Shown here in pieces: positions 60,695 to 64,000 of a stretch of 64,000 nucleotides of DNA. Position numbers and translations under genes: made by a program. Source of the stretch: an uncultured Pelagibacteraceae bacterium (GTDB taxonomy: Bacteria; Pseudomonadota; Alphaproteobacteria; Pelagibacterales; Pelagibacteraceae); assembly GCA_902518595.1 (NCBI GenBank), contig CABYGR010000001.1:2704-66703 (forward strand), given 5' to 3'. Positions within the stretch are counted from its first letter, which is position 1, and each line of letters opens with the position of its first letter. The notes under the pieces are model-generated. The model did no database searches. It saw only the letters and a program-made list of their open reading frames with translations, and was not told where the DNA came from.

Positions 60695-60723
60695 TTGGAC
60701 AAATAGTTTCAATCATATATAAA
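60695..60723 (+). promoter_or_regulatory. Sigma70 promoter of tRNA-Leu/tig
   Basis: TTGGAC-N17-TATAAA ending 15 nt before the tRNA. Confidence 0.55.
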
Positions 60724-60737
60724 ACCTTTAAATTTGT

Positions 60738-60822
60738 GGGGCGATGGCGGAATTGGTAGACGCGTTGGTCTTAGGAACCAATATGGCAACATGTGAAGGT
60801 TCGAGTCCTTTTCGCCCTACCA
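60738..60822 (+). tRNA. tRNA-Leu (anticodon TAG)
   Basis: Acceptor GGGGCGA/TCGCCCT plus ACCA; anticodon arm TTGGT-CTTAGGA-ACCAA; long variable arm; GGTTCGAGTCC T-loop; typical position before tig. Confidence 0.96.
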
Positions 60823-60832
60823 TTTATTGATT

Positions 60833-62257
60833 ATGAAAGTTACAGTAGAAAATAAAAAAGGTTTAAATAAAGATCTTAAAGTTTTCATCGATAAGAAAAC
60901 AATGAATTCTTATATGGATGAAAAATATAATGAAATTAAAGAGTCAGTTAATTTAAAAGGGTTTAGACCAGGTAAAGTTCCAAAAGAAATTTTAAAAAGA
61001 CAATTTGGAAAAGCAGTTTTTAGCGAAGTTTTAGACAAAGTTTTAAAAGACACTTCTACAAAAGCATTAGAAGAAAATAAAATAAAACCTGCAGGACAGC
61101 CTAAGTTAGATTTAAAAACTTATGGAGAAGATAAAGATCTTGAATATGTGATTTCAGTAACTGAAATTCCAAAAGTTGATATTAAATCAATTACAGATAT
61201 TAAATTTGATCAATATACTGTTAAAATTGACAAGTCAGAGACAGATAAAAGAATTAAAGAAATTGCCAAAAACCAACCAAACTTTAAAGAGGTTGCAGCC
61301 GAAACAAAAGCAAGCGAAGGAGACTTAGTCATTTTAGATTATAATGCTACTGTTGATGATAAACCATTTAAAGGAAGCGAAGGAAAAAACACTCAACTTA
61401 CATTAGGGAAAGATTTGTTTTTAAAAGGTTTTGATAAGCAACTTATTGGAGTTAAAAAAGATGATATTAAAATTGTTGATGCAACATTACCAGAAAATTT
61501 TCCAGAAAAATATTTGGTAAATAAAAAAGCAAAATTTAGTTGTAAAATTATTTCAGTAAGAAAACCAGAAGAAGTTAAAATTGATGATGAATTTGCAAAA
61601 AATCTTGGTGCAAAAGATTTAGAAGATTTAAAAAAATTAATATCTAATCAAATCAATGATGAATTTAAAAACTCATTAGACAGATTATCTAAAGATCAAA
61701 TTCTTAAAGAAATTGAAAAATTTAAAATAGATCAAATACCTGCTAATTTAGTTGAAGAAGAGTTAAGAATTCTTTCACAAGGAATGACAGATGAAGATGC
61801 AAAAAAAAGTAAAAGTAATTTAGAAGAAGTTGCTAAAAAAAGAATTAAAGTTGGATTAATTTTAAATCAGTTTGGTGAACAAAATAATATAAAAGTAACT
61901 GAACAAGAACTACAAACAGAAATTCAAAAACAAATAAGAATGATGCCTGGTCAAGAAAAAATGGTCATGGATTTTTATCAAAAAAACCCGTCAGCTGTAG
62001 CAAGTCTCAGAGGAACAGTTTATGAGGATAAGATCATAAATTTGATAAAAGACAAAGCAAAAGTAAATAAAAAAGAGGTATCTAAACTTGAGGCAGAAAA
62101 AATATTGAAAGACTCACAAAAACAAACTGAGGAAAAAAAATCTGAAAAAAAAACCACAAGCACCACAGTATCAAAACCTAAACAGCCCTTAAAAAAAACG
62201 AATACTAAAAAAACTGCAAAAACTAAATCTTCAGCAAAAAAAGTTAGTAAAAAGTAA
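60833..62257 (+). CDS. tig: Trigger factor
   Basis: GFRPGKVP ribosome-binding motif; FKBP domain; Lys-rich tail. Confidence 0.96.
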   Translation: MKVTVENKKGLNKDLKVFIDKKTMNSYMDEKYNEIKESVNLKGFRPGKVPKEILKRQFGKAVFSEVLDKVLKDTSTKALEENKIKPAGQPKLDLKTYGEDKDLEYVISVTEIPKVDIKSITDIKFDQYTVKIDKSETDKRIKEIAKNQPNFKEVAAETKASEGDLVILDYNATVDDKPFKGSEGKNTQLTLGKDLFLKGFDKQLIGVKKDDIKIVDATLPENFPEKYLVNKKAKFSCKIISVRKPEEVKIDDEFAKNLGAKDLEDLKKLISNQINDEFKNSLDRLSKDQILKEIEKFKIDQIPANLVEEELRILSQGMTDEDAKKSKSNLEEVAKKRIKVGLILNQFGEQNNIKVTEQELQTEIQKQIRMMPGQEKMVMDFYQKNPSAVASLRGTVYEDKIINLIKDKAKVNKKEVSKLEAEKILKDSQKQTEEKKSEKKTTSTTVSKPKQPLKKTNTKKTAKTKSSAKKVSKK

Positions 62258-62311
62258 TCTGAAGTTGTATAAGTAATCCGAATCAAATTTATGAATAAAA
62301 TTTCTGAATAT

Positions 62312-62899
62312 ATGAACAATCTAATTCCAATGGTTGTTGAGCAATCAAATAAAGGAGAAAGAGCATATGATATTTATTCAAGACTTTTAAAAGAAAGAAT
62401 TATTTTTTTAACAGGTCAAATAAATGATAATATTGCTTCTTTGGTTACAGCCCAGCTTTTATTTTTAGAAGCAGAAGATCCAAAAAAAGAAATCTATTTA
62501 TATATTAATAGTCCCGGTGGTTTAGTTACAGCAGGTCTAGGTATTTACGATACAATGCAATATATAAAACCTGAAATTTCTACTTTATGCATTGGTCAAG
62601 CAGCTTCTATGGGGTCTTTTTTACTTGCAGCTGGATCAAAAGGTAAAAGATTTTCTTTACCTAACTCAAGAATAATGGTCCATCAACCTTCTGCAGGTTT
62701 TCAAGGTCAAGCTACAGATATTGAAATTCATGCAAAAGAAGTTTTATCATTAAAAAAAAGATTAAATGAAATTTATTCAAAACATACAAATAAATCAGTG
62801 GATGAAATTAAAGATGCTTTAGAAAGAGATAATTTCATGACTGCTGACTCAGCTAAATCTTTTGGTTTGATTGACGAAGTGGTAGAAAAAAGATCATAA
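62312..62899 (+). CDS. clpP: ATP-dependent Clp protease proteolytic subunit
   Basis: [32 protein letters not shown]; start 62312 or 62291. Confidence 0.98.
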   Translation: MNNLIPMVVEQSNKGERAYDIYSRLLKERIIFLTGQINDNIASLVTAQLLFLEAEDPKKEIYLYINSPGGLVTAGLGIYDTMQYIKPEISTLCIGQAASMGSFLLAAGSKGKRFSLPNSRIMVHQPSAGFQGQATDIEIHAKEVLSLKKRLNEIYSKHTNKSVDEIKDALERDNFMTADSAKSFGLIDEVVEKRS

Positions 62900-62988
62900 T
62901 ACACTATATATAGAATCTACAATATTTGAAACTTGATTAGAATGACTCGATTATAATAAAGTAATTAAACTGATTCGTTATAAAAAAT

Positions 62989-64000
62989 ATGAGCACAAAT
63001 AATAAAAATATTCTTTATTGTTCTTTCTGTGGAAAGAGTCAACATGAAGTTAGAAAACTTATAGCTGGTCCAACAGTATTCATATGCGATGAATGTGTTG
63101 AGCTGTGTATGGATATTATTAAAGAAGAAAGTAAAGACACATTTGTAAAACATCAAGATGGACTGCCTTCACCAAAAGAAATTTGTACAATTTTAGACGA
63201 CTATGTCATTGGTCAAGCACATGCAAAAAAAGTTTTATCTGTAGCAGTTCACAATCATTACAAAAGATTAAATTATGAGAACAAAACTAGTAAAAATGTA
63301 GAGCTTGCTAAATCAAATATATTATTAGTTGGTCCAACAGGTTGTGGTAAAACATTGTTGGCTCAAACTCTAGCTAGAATTTTAGATGTCCCTTTTACAA
63401 TGGCAGATGCAACTACTCTCACAGAGGCTGGATATGTAGGAGAGGATGTTGAAAATATTATTTTAAAATTACTTCAATCTGCAGATTATAACGTTGAAAA
63501 AGCTCAAAGAGGAATAGTTTATATTGATGAAGTTGATAAGATTAGTAGAAAATCAGAAAATCCATCAATAACTAGAGATGTATCTGGAGAAGGTGTTCAG
63601 CAAGCTTTATTAAAAATTATGGAAGGAACTGTTGCTAGTGTTCCCCCTCAAGGAGGGAGAAAGCACCCTCAACAAGAATTTCTTCAAGTTGATACTACCA
63701 ATATTTTATTTATATGTGGAGGAGCATTTGCCGGTCTAGACAAAATTATATCTCAAAGAGACAGAGGTACCGCAATAGGTTTTGGTGCAGATGTTAAAAA
63801 TACACAAGATAAAAAAACAGGTGAATGGATGAAAAGTTTAGAACCTGAGGATTTATTAAAGTATGGTTTGATCCCAGAATTTATCGGTAGATTACCAATG
63901 ATTGCAACGTTAGAGGATTTAGATGAAAAATCTCTTGTTAAAATTCTTCAAGAACCTAAAAATTCATTAACTAAACAATATCAAGAATTATTTAAACTTG
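62989..64000 (+). CDS. clpX: ATP-dependent Clp protease ATP-binding subunit, truncated by the window end
   Basis: Hand translation [28 protein letters not shown]...[15 protein letters not shown]...[11 protein letters not shown]; absent from the ORF track because there is no stop in the window. Confidence 0.97.
   Translation, partial: MSTNNKNILYCSFCGKSQHEVRKLIAGPTVFICDECVELCMDIIKEESKDTFVKHQDGLPSPKEICTILDDYVIGQAHAKKVLSVAVHNHYKRLNYENKTSKNVELAKSNILLVGPTGCGKTLLAQTLARILDVPFTMADATTLTEAGYVGEDVENIILKLLQSADYNVEKAQRGIVYIDEVDKISRKSENPSITRDVSGEGVQQALLKIMEGTVASVPPQGGRKHPQQEFLQVDTTNILFICGGAFAGLDKIISQRDRGTAIGFGADVKNTQDKKTGEWMKSLEPEDLLKYGLIPEFIGRLPMIATLEDLDEKSLVKILQEPKNSLTKQYQELFKL

Noticed and set aside
60738-60822. 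tRNA-Leu as an island or prophage integration site
   Set aside because: No integrase and no duplicated tRNA 3' end seen; tig follows 10 nt later.
471-63156. Short ORF-track entries antisense to or nested in real genes (e.g. 471-770, 11121-11486, 22063-22329, 57579-57881, 62020-62319, 62965-63156)
   Set aside because: Shadow frames of well-supported genes with no motifs or RBS; 62965-63156 is antisense to clpX.

Overview
Very AT-rich, densely coded alphaproteobacterial chromosome segment. Gene content and streamlining point to a SAR11/Pelagibacter-like genome (inference). In order it holds: an ABC-2 transporter end, a GcvT/DmdA-like paralog, aceA divergent from a RamB/ScfR regulator, an allantoin catabolic operon (puuE-alc-allA-rbsK) with an NCS1 permease, a TRAP transporter with ALDH/Fe-ADH/GATase resembling a gamma-glutamyl ethanolamine pathway, housekeeping genes (DEAD-box helicase, rseP, HU, amtB, recX, cysQ, mnmA, metC, pabBAC), a long organosulfonate/sulfite region (HIT, aprMBA, TauE, suyBA, xsc, HpsO-like SDR, TerC, IseJ/BetA-like GMC, TRAP), then ybgC, UDG, tRNA-Leu(TAG), tig, clpP and the 5' part of clpX. 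I found no mobile element, CRISPR array or rRNA. The best leads are: (1) a HIT protein directly upstream of aprMBA with no sat in the window, a candidate APS-consuming enzyme; (2) a 207-aa protein carrying both malonyl-CoA decarboxylase catalytic motifs, next to aceA/ramB; (3) an unannotated 27-aa Lys/Arg-rich peptide with its own promoter and RBS, possibly bS22/mS38-like; (4) 3'-UTR elements with anti-Shine-Dalgarno seeds downstream of amtB and aceA. All family calls come from motif recognition by eye; no searches were run.
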